From positions 67,566,897-67,630,896 of the forward strand of contig NC_081362.1 in assembly GCF_030684315.1 (NCBI RefSeq): DNA of 64,000 bases, read 5' to 3'. The stretch is from Stegostoma tigrinum (Eukaryota). Shown here one piece after another: positions 24,527 to 38,867 of the stretch. How positions within the stretch are numbered: the stretch's first letter is position 1; the number at the start of each line of letters is the position of its first letter. Below the pieces are notes generated by a model. That model was not told the DNA's origin. It searched no databases and saw only the letters and a list, made by a program, of their open reading frames with translations. The position numbers and the translations under genes are program-made.

Positions 24527-25489
24527 CTGGATAAATGAAAGCAAAACAACAAGTTATTGGCTCCACTGACAGCATTTGCTTAATTTACTACAATTCCAAT
24601 CTGGGCAGCAGACAAGTAGGTGACAACTCTTCAACATTTTCTCAAAATCAACTTGAAAGACACATAAAAGACTGTGGTTTACAGCTAAAGGTAATTACAA
24701 TAGGTAATGAAATCCACACAGGGTACTATGATAACCTTTAATTTAAATTATTAATTTTGGAAGTAATATCCCTGTAAATCGTCCTTCAGGGAAAGAAATC
24801 TGCCAATCTTACCTGGACTGTCCAACTTGTAACTGCAGGCTCACAACCAGTGGGTGACTTTTAACTGTTCCCTGAAATACAGTGTAGACTACAAAACCAC
24901 TCAATTGTATCCAAATGCTAGAAAGAGTATCATATGAACAAAGATAGATATAACAATTGCTTCATCCTTGCCGTCAGATACAACAAAAATAAAATCCATC
25001 CAGCCAATTCTGCAAAATGTCTGCCTGGTAAGTGTTTGGTGAGGTGAACCACAGACAACTTGAAGCACTAGCCTGACATAACCATACCATTCAATCATTT
25101 TTCAGCTAATGTACAAATCTTATCGCCATCCTTGGGCACATCTTGTCCCATTCCACCACTAAGACAGACCTATCAGGAAGTGACACACTCAAGGCTTCAG
25201 TCTCATGGTATTAGGACAGATATGAGCAAGGTTATCTCCTACTGATTACACCTTCACACTGCATATCACTTGAAAGAAATAATGAATATCACTTAAAAAT
25301 AACACTGATAGTAGCAAGGACACAGAATGTACCTGTCAGATTGATGTCAAAACCCATCATCAAGCATGGCCAAGTTAAGAGTTTAGAAAGAAAATCTGTC
25401 GCATGGGGCCTGCAGCAGGTGTGACAGTAATCAAAGGAAAACCCTGCTCAGAGTAAACTGGCTGGCCGTTAGCACACTGATCAGAAGCA

Positions 25490-25875
25490 GAACTGGAGAA
25501 ACCAACTAAGTACTGTGCCTACAAGATTAGGTTAGAAGCTAGAACCCCTCAACAATTAGCTCACCTCCTGAGTTTACAGTGCTTGTCTATTATCTAAAAG
25601 GCAAAAAATCAAGAGTGTGCTGGAATACTTCTCACTTGCCTTAAGAATGCAGCTCCAACAGCACTCAAGAAGTTTGACATCATTTAGGACAAAGTAGCTC
25701 GCTTACCTGGGACCATTCACATTCTCCACTACCAATGTCAGTCACAGTGTGTGCCACCAAGACGCACTGTAGAAATTTTACAAGAACCCTTAAACAGAAC
25801 TTTCCAAACCAATGACCACTACCATTTACAAAGAGAAAGGCAGCAGGTAAATGGAAACATCACCACTTGCATACC
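25490..25875 (+). mobile_element. LINE fragment of the same family as 46198-47810
   Basis: gcagctccaacagcactcaagaagtttgacatcat and tttccaaaccaatgaccact match about 47330-47560. Confidence 0.7.
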
Positions 25876-25937
25876 CAAAATAAAGATGCTAACCTCGTGA
25901 AGGTACAACACGATTGGGACATTATGCACATTAAACA

Positions 25938-26172
25938 GGTAGGCGATGGCCTAGTGGTATTGTCGTTGGTCTATTAATCCAGAAAATCAGCTGATGTTCA
26001 GGGGACTTGGTTTCGAATCCTGCCACGATAGATGGTGGAATTTGAATTCAATTTAAAAAATCTGGATCAGCATGAAATCATTGTCAATTGTTGGAAAAGC
26101 CCAACATGGCTGACATGTGATTCCAGATCTACAGCAACAAGGTTAACTATTAATTGCTCTCTGTAATGGCCC
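25938..26172 (+). mobile_element. tRNA-derived SINE (same family as 147-515), internally deleted
   Basis: A-box tggcctagtgg and B-box-like gtttcgaatcc; shared body catgtgattccaga. Confidence 0.75.
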
Positions 26173-26511
26173 ATGGAGTGGGGTGGCGTGGGGTGGGGGC
26201 GAAGTGAGGCAGCGAGAGGGGAGGGGACGGGTTGGGGTGGGATAGCTTGACCAGCACACATCAGGAAACAGCAGCTCAGGGAAAAACAGCCCCACATTTC
26301 AACTACCAAATAAGATATGGACTTATCCCAGTGCTCAGATCAAGGTTCTCTTGAAAAAACATCTAGCCATGATGCACAAACCAAAACAGCAGTATAATTG
26401 AGTAATGGAAGCATAGCAAGACCACAATGAACGAAGATGAATACAAAGATAGTATAACCAAGTACCTTTGCAACCCTAAACTCAATACTTGACTGTTATC
26501 TATAACTACCA

Positions 26512-26705
26512 TGATGTGGAGGTGCTAGTGTTCGACAGTATGAACAAAATCAGAAGTCGTATGACACCAGGTTTATTTGAAATCACAAGCTTTAGAGCGC
26601 TGCTCCTTTGACAGGACTTCACCCGATGATGGCACACTGCTCTGAAAGCCTGTGATTTCAAATAAACCTGTTGGACTATAACCTAGTGTCATGTGACTTC
26701 TGACA
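26512..26705 (-). mobile_element. Penelope-derived fold-back mini-insertion (family C)
   Basis: Inverted arms caggtttatttgaaatcacaagcttt and aaagcctgtgatttcaaataaacctg, a roughly 35-nt tail on the left, and flanking ttatctat repeats. Same terminus as 50425-51143. Confidence 0.8.
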
Positions 26706-29679
26706 TTATCTATGGCTGGTGAAACATAACCAGAAAGGGCAAGGCCACTGGTGGCAACTTCTATACCTTAAGATTTTTCTGTCTTGTGTGTTTCTGGGCC
26801 CCATCACAAGGCAACAGCACAGCTTTTATTTTTCTACTAACTCCACTTTTTTTCATGGCAGGGGGTTTCAAAACTTCATTCAAAATGCACTCAAACAAAC
26901 TAGTCTCCAGACTCTCTGGTACAAAGCCTAGAAAAACTGCTTTTAAAAATTGAAATGAAAACCATCTCCTCCCACCCTAAACATAAAAATAAGTTAACCT
27001 TAGAGTTATACACTGTTCCAAATAAAATTGAAGAATTTTGCTGTGCACACATTAATTGTTTACATTTATGACACTGATTACACTTCAAAAGTATTGAAAT
27101 TGTGAAAGGCAAATAAATACAAGTTCTTTCATTTTTTAAATTCCTATGAAAGGTGGTACAAATGTCTATATGATGGATGCAAAGTTCCATTCTGCTCATT
27201 TCTGAAAAGGATCAAACAGAAGAAATGCAGAAAATCCCTATTTTTGTCTTAGCCAGCGGGGCAAAGTACTTGAAATCCCCAATTCTCATGGAATCATATC
27301 TCAGCAAAATACCAATGCCTTCCTGAGGTGACTGTATTAGGCAAAGGAAAGGTTAACAAACAGTGGTTTATGAGGTTTCTGTTGGCACATCAATACCTTG
27401 CTAGTTTATGCAAAATTGTAAGGTAGTCTTTGTTAATTTGCTCGTGGGATCTAGTTCTACAGGATCACATCACTGCTGGCAGTAACTTATTGAACTTTGC
27501 AGAATATCAGATTACATGGCTTTAAATATAATTAACAGAATCTAATATTACAGGAATTGAAAATGAAAGGAAAAAGGATCTTGGGAATTACTGTATTTGG
27601 AATTTTTAAAAATGCAAGTCCATGTAGAAAAATGAAGTCACTCACACTACCAAGTTGGAATCAATTTGATGTTATTGGGCAAAAGGTTTCCAAAGCTAAG
27701 CTGTACACAAATTGAGGTTTTGAACCACACCTAAACTGTTAAGTAATGCAGTCATGAGACACTTTTTTTTGAATGGGGTACAACAGAATCTTTGTCAGAA
27801 ATCACGTGTTCCTCGCTACCATTCATAGTTATGGTGTCCAATGTTGAAAGTTGTCCACTTTGTTCATACAAATAACAACAACTGGCAGATAAAACCTAAA
27901 CCAAGCAGGTCAATTTGAATCCAAGTATTTCAGTTTCCCTTCTGTATGCATGAACTTTAAGTTCAGGTGATTTAATTGATGTGACATTAAGGTTGGTGAT
28001 AACCCATTTTAAATCCAATTGAAAACTCCAGGCTTTATCCTCCAAAATTAACAACTTTTGAAGGAATAGAGGTCATCACCAGAATTTAACTTAATCCTTC
28101 ATCAGGACAGCTTTGAGGGGGGGATAGGACGTATGACCAGGATCTTGTTTTGTGTGCGTGCAATATGACTATTGCATCAGTGGAAGAAGCCTGTTACAAA
28201 CTTAAAAAAAATTGTCTTTTCAATATGCTAAAAATATACAGTGGCTGTCTGATTAACGCTTGCACAGGTAGGTCATTTCAGATTAGAAACAAACTTCGGT
28301 ATAGTCAAACAAGGCAGATCAGTTGCAAATTTGGACTCTGTGGCTCCAATGGGCTATAGAACCTTGAAGAGGTATTGGCTGTGATGTAGGCCAGACTGTC
28401 CCATATTTCTGTGACATGCCATGCGATGACATACCTGCGTCTGCCAAAAGGCTCAGAACTATTCTTCTGGCTGTTTTGACACTCATTTCACAAGCATGGT
28501 CTGCAAATTTGATGAGCTAATCAATCACCGGTGAACAGGTCCTGAACTGCACAAGCGACCCACCAAGAGCTTTGATTAAACAGCCAAACAGCAAAGTGCA
28601 AGTGAGACATTTTCAACTTACTTCTGCCTTGGAAAAGTATTGGATTATCTTTTAAGCTTGTTTAGCTTTCTACATTCTATTCTCAACAAACATAAGGTCA
28701 ACCGAAACTCTGCTATCTCTGTCCTAACATGCAGGAAGTCCTCTTCCTCTATCATCCCTGTACTTGTGAACTACACTAGTGACTGGTCAAGCATGGCTTT
28801 GAATGTAAGTCTCATCCTTGTTTCCAAATCCCTTCACAGTTTTGCCTCTTTCTACAACTGTAATGTTCCCAGTCCTACAACACACTGACAAATCTGCTTA
28901 CCTCTAATTTTTTGACCTCTACCATATTCTCAATTATAGTTGCTCCTTCAGTTGCTGAGATCCCAAGACCTGAAACGCTCTCCACACGCCTCCAAACTGA
29001 CCAACTCAATTTTCTCCTTTCAGGCACTCTTTAAAACAGGCCTCTTTGAACAATATTTTGGTAATCTGATCCAATGACATGTGGCTCATGGTCAGACCCT
29101 AATTTATAATGAGCCTGTGGAGTGACTTGGAATGTTTCGTTACATAAACTGATGTTGAAGGTCTTTTGGAGAGCTGCATTATACATATAGAGAGGCAACA
29201 AGATTTAGTGCCCCCATTTTGCACAAGGTCGGGGCTGTCATGGTATAATGCATCTGGGGCTACAGCATGCAATTTGAAAATATATATGCCTCTCAGTTAA
29301 TTCTATAGACAATAACTAAGTAGGTACAATCTATGGAATGTTTCCAAGTATCAGAGGGGAACAGTCCAAAGATGTTCTAAGGTAGGATGCAGGAATGAAT
29401 GTATTTATAATGCACATATCAATAAAGCATACACAAAACTAGAAACATGTAAATAAACCTACAAATTATTTTGAATCAAGGTTTAGAAATGGAGTGATGT
29501 CCATAGACAGGGAAGCTTTGTGAAGAGAGAGGAGGAGGATGACTTTTGTGGATGATTTTTGTAGGTTTTTCCCAAGAACACATCTCTCATCTCCACTTCA
29601 CCTAGAATCATGTCTGTGGCGATACGAGTGGGAATATAGTGTGAAGACCAGAACTGCACGCTAACAGAACTACATGGTC

Positions 29680-30165
29680 ATCACATTACAGGAAATACGT
29701 AATTGCATTACAGAGGGACACAGGAGCTTTACCAAGGTGCTGTCTGGGCTGCAGGTCTGAGCTATGATCAAAGCCTGGGAAAGATGGCATTGCTTTTCTT
29801 GGAGCTGTGAAGGTTCAACAGGAAGTGAAAGAGTAATTTTAGATTGTGAGGCACACAAGTTCAGTGAACAGAAAGATACATCTTCCAATAGCCAAGTGGC
29901 AAAGATTTAAGAGTTGGAAGGCTAAGAAGTGAGTTGAAGAGAATTTTCTCCCCCCACTCAGAAGGTGGTGGGAGTCTGGAATTCAATGAGAGGTTCAGTC
30001 CGAAATTCTTGAAACATTTAAACAGTATTTAGACGTTCATTTGTGTTGCCGTAGCCTTCAGGGTAAAGGGCGGGGAGCTGGAAAATGGGATTACTGTAGT
30101 TAGATCTTTGGAGACTGGCATGAATGTTAGGCTAGATGGCCTATTTCTGTACTGTAAATGTTTAT
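29680..30165 (+). mobile_element. CR1 LINE 3' fragment, old
   Basis: Contains tttaccaaggtgctgtctggg and cactcagaaggtggtgggagtctggaattc, and ends with gatggcctatttctgtactgtaaatg. Confidence 0.7.
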
Positions 30166-33100
30166 GAGGTGCACATTCAGTTAATCCAACGAACACAGCG
30201 CTACACATTAGCACCCACGGCGAAGAGCGCAGCAATCCAATATCTCGTTTGTGTGGTTACCTCTTCTGCAAAATGTTGAGAAAATTACAATCCCTGTTAC
30301 TCCATTCTGAATTATAACAATGACAAGGCAAGCATATACTGTAAATTTCAAGTCAATTCAGGACAGACCCTTTACACAACACTGCCATTTATAATTGCAG
30401 ATGCCTGTAATGTATATCCAAAATAACATCTACTTAGCATTTCACTAGTACGCCCACAGATCTCTTTCATCATAAAACATACTGGGGTTATCAGCCCCTG
30501 CATGCCCATTTTGAACTACACTAAAAGGAGTAGAAACACAACTCCAATTCAAATAAATTTCCCAATGGGATTAGTTTCTGTTGCTATTGGATTTTAATGC
30601 CCTGCTTCCAGAAGAGGCTTTAGTGAACTCTCTGTTAAAAATACACCACTTGCTTCCCACATGCATTCCAATGATTCAGCTTAGCAATATCTGATATTTT
30701 ATTTGGACTCTATATACAAATGAAGAGTGACCCCAGAGTTTTTGGATTTAGTACTGACAAACTGATGTAAATCTCAGTACGTATAACTGCCAATTGCTTT
30801 CTGAGTACATATTGTTTGAGCTATGCTTCAAGCACCTTGACAGATGGGCTACAGCTGAAATACATTTAGCAACATATTGCACTGTGGGCAGCACTGCCTT
30901 CACTGGCTCTGTTAACTTAAATTGAAACTTCAATTCATTTATTTTTCCGAGTTTTTCATTTTCACAAGAATTAATGGGATGCCTGTAAAGGAAGGCAACT
31001 TTCAAAGTCTGTTCAAACAACGAACTACTGCTCCCCGTTTCTAGAAATTGCTTTAAAAGACGGCTAGGAGCCAAGAAAATAACTTTATCATGTAAATTAC
31101 AACATTCAGCAGAGTTAAACATAAATGTTAACTAGTAATTTTAAAAAAACACCAATAATTTTAATTGTAGGTATAGTTGAGTGCCTATTTTTATTTTCCT
31201 GTAAATGGTGATCATTTTGCACACTGGAGTGCTTTATTGCAATTCTAAAATGTCTATGCCCCCTCAGTGAATTCTGTAACTGATCACAGGGGTAAGTACA
31301 AGCTACAGTGATGTCAGAATACTTACCAGGGTCACAGCAGAACAGTCATGGGTTGTTCTAATTTAGCACACAGGAATGTGAATATTTATAGTGTACATAT
31401 AATTAAAGCAAACAGAGCTGTAGGAATGTTAATAAATCTATTTATTATTTTGAACCAGGATTTGGAATAAATTAAAGGATCTCAACAGTTTGAAAATAGT
31501 GGGTAAGGACTTGGCTCCAATAATTTACCAACAGCTCTGACCAAAGTATGCCGCACACAGGACTGAGCTGGAGGCACACAAAAAAAAATGCATAATTAGA
31601 ATGTCAGAATCATATAAATACAACTATCAAAGAAAGGTCGTCATGAAATGAATAGATCTTTTTGAAAAATAAAAAGCAGAAGAAAAACACTGAAGTAACT
31701 GTTTCATTTTACAGGATTCCAAGCAAGTTTCACAACTGTGTTTCGTAAGGTTCCAAGTTATAATATTCTATTTCCCTCCGTAGAAAATACATTTTCATGG
31801 GCCTTTTAGTGATAGTGACAACGTGAAAGGAATTTCCTCATGTTTGTTGCCACTACACAAACGCACTGTATTTTTGACTGGGCAGTTTTACTTTGCAAAA
31901 ACCCTTTGAAAGTAATTTGTGCTTTTAAACAGCCAATTATCTAATCACATGTAACTGTAAAAGTAGTTAACCCTCACATTTCTCAACTAACACTAATCTT
32001 CTGTCATGACATGGGAAAATGTGACTAATAGTTTAAGCATCCTATTAGTTGTGTATATTGTAACAATGGGACAGAGACTGGGGATCGGGAACTTTAAATA
32101 ATATAAGCTTTTATTGACGGGTATTTTTGTTGAGAATGTCTGGGTTTTGTTGAGAAATTATTTTTATTGGTCAATTTATAATTAAATTTGTGACCCATAT
32201 TGAGATATACAAAAATGTACAGTTAAAAATCCAAGGCTGTCTAACATGTTACAAAAGTATTTTTCCATAATTCTGGTACTGTCACATTCTTATGTACTTT
32301 TTTTGGAATTGTTAAAAATTAGTCATTTCAACCACAGCAGGTAGTTGACAAAATAAGAACAGAAAATGCTATGCCCATTTACACCCACTTTGGGCCCATC
32401 ATTCATTTTCTTATCCATCCATTTTCCAACTTCTCTTCCTGACAACATAATCTTTTGGTCTAGTTAATCTGTCCAGCATGTCAGACCTGTTGCCATTTTT
32501 TCTCTTCTCTACCAATTGCACTCTGGCCATTTCCTTGCTTCAACACTTAGGGTTAAATCACAAACTTCTTTCAATTCAAAAGAAAGGTCAACTTGAAATG
32601 TTAACTGTTCATCACTCCATAGGTGCTGCCTTCCCTGATGAGTACTTGTATGGTTTAATGTTATTATTTCAGATTTCCAACATTTGCACCATTTCTATTT
32701 GGTTTAACTTATAGAAAATCTTGCTTCTTTCATTAAATGGCTTAAAGAAAAAAGTGAAATAGAGAGATGGAAAGGAGGAGAGAATTCCAAGATTGGACCT
32801 TGACAACAGAAAATATAGATATTGATTGCATAGGGATTAAAATTAGGCATTTCCAAAATGCCAGAATCTAAGGAATGTGAAATTTTGGAATTCTATGGGG
32901 AAGGGTTGATTGTAGAGATAGGGAGCGCAAACAATGGAGAGATTTGAAAACCATAATGGGAATTCTAAAATTGAGGCATTAATCAAGAGCCTGTATAGGC
33001 CAATATTCAACAGGATGTTGGCTCAGTGCAGTGAGAACTGTCCAAGTGTGCTGTGAAATTTTGCACAAAGGTGACGAAAATCAATATAAAACAAACATTA

Positions 33101-33289
33101 TTTCATCTGAAGAATGAGGGTGGGTTCAGCTGCATGGAAAATTAGAAAATCAAAGATAATGAAGGAGGCAGAATTATAGTTTATTGTTGGGGCTTACTGT
33201 TACCAGAAAGTTTAAAAAAAAGGACAGAATGTGTGAGCAGTATGTCTCACAAGTGGAAATTATTAATGTGTTTGGAAATTCAATAACAG

Positions 33290-36200
33290 AACAAACTTAG
33301 AGGCTTTGTATCTTAGTGCACAAAGCATTCAGAATATGCAGATGAATTGAGACGCAATCGAGGTGAATGGATATGATTTCATAGCCACTACAGATATGAT
33401 TACGAAGAGCTCAAACCTCGAAACTTAACATTCAGGGATGTTTGACCTTACAGAAAGACAGGAGGGAAGGAAAGGTGGTGGTGTAACAGTGTTAATAAGA
33501 GATAAAACGAGGACAGTTGTGACAGGTTTGAATGATGTAGAATCCTAATGGGCGGAGGTTGAAAAACAGGAATAGAAGACATTGTTGGGAGTAGTGCATA
33601 AACCTCTAAATAGTAGCTAATCTGCTGGAAAGACTGTAAATCAACAAATAATAGGCCAATGTAAAATGAATACAGCAATAATTATGGATGACTTTAATCT
33701 CTGTAAGAATGGGTTATTCAGATTGGGAACAGTAGGTATGACAATGAATTCATACAATACCTTAGGAGATAGTTTTCCAGAGCCATATGCCATGCAGCCA
33801 AACAGGGAACAGGCTTTCTTGTATCTGGTAATGAGTAGTGAAGCAAGTTTAATAAATTACCTCAGAATAAAAGATTCCTTAGGAAGTTGTGACGATAATA
33901 TGATGGAACTTAATAACCAGTTTGAGAGTGAGAAACTTGGGTGAGAAACAATGTCATTTGACTTAAATAAAGGGAGCTACAGTGAAATGAGTGTAGAATT
34001 AGCTAAAGTGGACTGGTGTATAGGTTAGCAGGAAAGTCAGTAAGCAAGCAGTGATAGGCATTTAAAGAGATAATTTGTGAATCTTAGCAAAAACAAAGCC
34101 AGTAAGGAGCAAAGAATCTAAAAGTGGGATAAACCAACCGTGGCTAACCAATGAATGCAAGGAAAATATTACGTTGAAAATAAAGCAAGTAGAGCAAAAG
34201 TCAGTGACAGCCCCAAAGACAGAGATACATTCAGAATCCAGCAAAGGAAGACACCCTGCCTTGGACAATTAATCTGAATAGACAGTTATCGGGAACAAGG
34301 AAATGGCAGAGGAGTTAAACACACATTTTGCATCAGTCTACATGGGGACCATTAGACCATACGACATAGGAGTGGAAGTAAGGCCATTCGGCCCTTCGAG
34401 TCCACTCCGCCATTTAATCATGGCTAATGGGCATTTCAACTCCACTTACCGCACTCTCCCTGCAGCCCTTAATTCCTTGTGAGATCAAGAATTTATCAAT
34501 CTCCGCCTTGAAGCATTTAACATCCCAGCCTCCACTGCGCTCCGTGGCAATGAATTCCACAGGCCTACAACTCTCTGGCTGAAGAAATGTCTCCTCATTT
34601 CCGTTTTAAATTTACCCCCTCTAATTCTAAGGCTGTGCCCACGGGTCCTAGTCTCCCTGCCTAACGCAAACAACTTCAAGGCATCCATCCTTTCTAAGCC
34701 ATACATCATCTCATAAGTTTCTATTAGATCTCCCCTCAACCTTCTAAACTCTAAGGAATACAATCCCAGGATCCTCAGCCATTCATTGTACGTTAAACCT
34801 ACCATCCCAGGGATCATCTGTGTGAATCTCCGCTGGACACGCTCCAGCGCCAGTATGTCCTTCCTGAGGTGTGGGGTCCAAAATTGGACACCGTATTCTA
34901 AGTGGGGCCTAACTGGAGCTTTATAAAGTTTCAGAAGCACATCACTGCTTTTATATTCCAACCCTCTTGAGATAAGTGACAACATTACATTCACTTTCTT
35001 AATCACAGAGTCTACTTGCAAGTTAACCTTTAGAGAATCCTGGACCAACATTGCCAGATCCCTTTGTACTTCTGCTTTTTGAATTTTCTCACCGTTTAGA
35101 AAATAGTCCATGCCTGTATTCTTTTTCCCAAAGTGCAAGAACTCGTATTTGCTCACATTGAATTTCATCAGCCATTTCCTGAACCACTCTACTAAACTGT
35201 CTAAATCTTTCTGCAGCCTCCCCACCTCCTCAGAACTACCTGCCTGTCCACCTAACTTCCTATCATCGGCAAACTTCACCAGAGGACACTAAGAACACAC
35301 TAAGAACATCCCATTAATGCTAAAGAATATATGGAAGAAATTAAGTACTATCACATTACTAGAGTAGTGGTTTCAGACAAAATAATGGGGCTAAAGCCTG
35401 AGAAGTCCTTAGACCTTATTGGCTGGCATCCGAGAATCCTAAAAGAGTTAGTTCCAGAGATGGTGGATACATTGGTAGTAATTTTGCAAACATCCTTGTA
35501 TGCTGTAAAACTTCCAGAGAATTGTAAAACTGCCAATGTAATATCAAACACCTGTTGTTGGAAAAATATTGGAATCAACCTTTCAGGAAGTAACAGCAAA
35601 ACATTTGGAAAATCATAACCTAATCAAGCAAAGGCAGCACAACTTCATGAGAGGGTAATCATGGCTGACAAATTTATTAGATATTTTCAAGGATGTCTCA
35701 ACCAGAGTGGATAGAGAGAAACCTGTACATGTGTTGTATTTGGACTTCCAGAAGGCGTTCACAAAGGTCTCACAAAAGCTTAAGTCATAAGATAACAGGC
35801 CATGGTTTTGGAGGTAGTATACTGGCATGGATAGAAAATTGGCTCCTTGGCAGGAAACAGGACCGAGATATTGATAGGTTAAGTGGGCAAAAAGTTGGTA
35901 AATGGATTATGGTGTGAGAAGATGTGAAGTTGTTCATTTTGGAAGGGAGAACAAAAGTACAGTATTGCTTAGACAGTGATAAACTGTAGAAAGCTGCAAC
36001 AAAGGGGCTTGCGCATGAAACACAGAAAGCTAGCACACAAGTGCAACAGGTAATCATAAAGGCTAATGGGATATTGGCCCTTGTTTCAAAGGGGTTGGAA
36101 TAGAAGAGTCGTGAAGTCTTACTGCAGCTATTACAAGGTGCTTGTGAGACCATATCTGTAATAACATGCAGAGTTTTGGTCCCTTTATTTAAGGAAAGAT

Positions 36201-36705
36201 ATCATTTCAATTGAGGCAGTTTACAGAAGGTTCAGTCGGATGATCCCTGGATTGGGGGAATACTTTACGAGTAAAGATTAAACAGGTTGGGTCTCTACTC
36301 GTTGGAATTTAGAAGAATGAGAGGTGATCTTATTAAGACATAAAGGACTCTTGAGGGGCTTGACAGACTAAATACTGAGAGAACATTACCACTCATAGGT
36401 GACTCTAGGACCACAGGGTACAGTCTTAGAATATAGGCATGACAATTTAAGACCAAAATAAGGAGGAATTTCTTCTCTTAGATGGTTGAGTCTTTGGAAA
36501 TCCTTGCCACAGAAAGCTGTGGGAGCAGAGACCTCATACTTGTACATACTTAAGGCAGCAATAGAGTGATTCTTAATCAGTTGGAGAACCCAGCGTTACA
36601 AAGAAAGGGCAGGAAAGTAGTCATCAGGAGTGCCAGATCACCTATGAGCCTACTGAGTGGGACAGCAGGCCCAACAGGATGAATGGTCTACTTGTGTTTC
36701 AATTT
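33290..36705 (+). mobile_element. Long degenerate CR1 LINE (endonuclease to RT to 3' end), split by a younger CR1
   Basis: ORFs IIMDDFNL...LGSCDDNMME and KIMGLKPEKSLDLIGWHPRILKEL, a YLDFQKAF motif near 35737, and 3' motifs at 36100-36700. Confidence 0.88.
34350..35283 (-). mobile_element. Younger CR1 LINE 3' portion with an uninterrupted 264-aa RT C-terminal ORF
   Basis: ORF 34485..35279 KFADDRKLGG...LQKDLDSL..W...WLMKFNVSK...RPHLEYGVQFW...RRLRGDLIETY. Confidence 0.95.
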
Positions 36706-38119
36706 TTTATCCTAAGTGATATTCTATCTAATCAAAATTATGATTCATAAAATTTGACAAAGTCAATCGTCAAATTAAAAGTATGGTATTTTTCAATTAA
36801 TTTGAAAAAAAACATTCTAGACTCATACAACCAAAGGACAAAATTTAAAGGGCATGAAAAAAAAAGTAGATGCGCTGTTGAAGTGTTCATCTGATTGGAG
36901 TGGTCCATGTTACTGAAAAGGTTGGGAACCATTGGATGAGTGGCATTTAGGACACAGACAGCAGAGTTTTAGGGGAGTTAAGTCTGTGGAAGGTCAGCCA
37001 GGAATGCATTAGAATAGTGTGGAAGTAACAAACTCATGGATGAGGGCTTATCCAGTAGAAGAGATGAGGCAAAAGTGGAGAGAAGTTATATTATGGCAGT
37101 AAAAATAGACAGCCTGAATGACAATTTTAAAAATTTCAGCCACATATTTTTTATTTGTAACTTCCTCTTTTCTAGTAGCAGTTAAAATACTGATTTGACC
37201 CCACGCTCACCATAATTCTACAAGCTACCCATAAAGTTTGCTTGTTGTGCTTCCTGCTTGTTGCTTAGTTAGTACCAGTAGTGTCAGGATGAAGCCCTTT
37301 AGTAGGCCTTAACTGCGACTGAAAGGGCTTAGTTGGCCCCCAGGTTAAACAGCATCCTGCCACAAACCTAAACGGCTGGAGGTGGAATGCTGGTGCAGTC
37401 CGTACACCTGCGTGCCAGATTAAATCGTTTCTGCCATCAAACCTGCCCTGTCACAGGACATTAAGTTCTGCACTCTGATTCTCGAAAACACTGAAGATTG
37501 TTGAAGCTGAAACACCCAGGCAAGAATTAGTGAGCAACCGCAGAATTTTGTGTGTTATGGCAGTGACTTTATCTGCATTGCCTCTGTCCCAAAGATAATG
37601 GCTTGCCATGTGATTAGAGCTACTTTTGTTTGTGTTGCTTATATTTCACATCAAATGGTCAATATCATGCTAGTACTTGCATGAAGTTTGTGGACCAAAC
37701 TGTCTCATCTCTTATGAGGACAAATTTAACTCATTTTAGTATGACTCACTGTGGCGTTGGTCAGGGTATAAATTGTTTGACACCTTTGGAATAAAAACAC
37801 TGATTTGCTTTGTTAAAAAGCAGGTGGTTTCGGCCAAATAAAACCATAGGTGGGACATAGGTAACAAACTCCTGATTAAAATACCACAATACCATGTTTG
37901 GACAAAGTCATATAGGTAAGGCAGCCATCTTTACTCCCTGCCTAGTGGTACAGCAGAAAAATTCAAACTGCAAGACAGACTGAATTCTACTGCAGAGAGA
38001 AAGCCTGGCAAGCAAAGCTATGTGACCACTGTAGGATGTCTTCTGTAACGTCGTCCATCTTCAGGCTCGCCTGAGAAATCAACTTCTGGACAGATCAGCA
38101 ATGAGGATAACTGTTGGAA

Positions 38120-38760
38120 AATCTCTTTCATCTCCCCCCCGCCCCCCCCCCCCCCCGACCTTCAATATGTATCCTCTTCTTCTTGATCATTCCACTAATA
38201 GGAACAATTGTTCCATATATACTCTGTCAAGACCACTTATGATTTTGAATCACTATCAAATCATCTCTGAACACTCCTCTCTTCAAGTTAAAAAAAACCT
38301 CAAAAAACCTCCCAATTTCTGCAATTTATGTAAGTGAAATTCCTCACCAGCAAGATTTTTTAATGAATCTCATCTCTACTGTTTCTAATTTCCTCACATC
38401 CTTGGTAAAATGTGGCCCCAGAGCCACATTTTGAGGGTGAACTAGGATTCTACACAAGTTTTACCACAATTTGCTTGCATTTATGCTCTATGCCCCCCTC
38501 AATAAAATTTAGGATGCAGTATATACTGTAATAACTGCTGTCTCAATGACACGCACACACACTTCCAGGACGCCTCTCTCTTCCACAAATTATGAAAATT
38601 GTACCCTTAATGTTATATTTCTGCAAAAATGAATCACTTTGCATTTAATCTCTGCATTAAATTCCATCTGCTACCTGTTCACCCATTCCACCAACCTGTC
38701 TTTCCAAATTTTATATCATCCACAAATACTGAAACTGTGCTCTCTATACCAAGGTTATAG
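38120..38760 (-). mobile_element. CR1 LINE fragment, old, containing a poly-C run (38134-38156)
   Basis: actctgtcaagaccacttatgattttgaatcac and gcattaaattccatctgctacctgttcacccattcca are reverse-strand CR1 RT motifs. Confidence 0.65.
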
Positions 38761-38867
38761 TATCTACATAATATATGACATTAATACATAATTTTTTATA
38801 ATGTAATGACATGGTTGTAATATAATAATATGTCATTGTATATAGTCATGAATATTTATCATTAATT

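Noticed and set aside
30748-31122. 124-aa minus-strand ORF in a repeat-free region
   Set aside because: No resemblance to the expected upstream THADA exon (ending ...NHIHGTLLQ) or to any domain I recognise, and no convincing splice boundaries.
31319-31332. atacttacc resembling the U1 snRNA 5' end
   Set aside because: Only 9 nt match and no U1 body follows; it is the complement of a donor motif.
38755-38865. AT-rich stretch with small inverted repeats
   Set aside because: Low-complexity sequence where such pairing is expected by chance.
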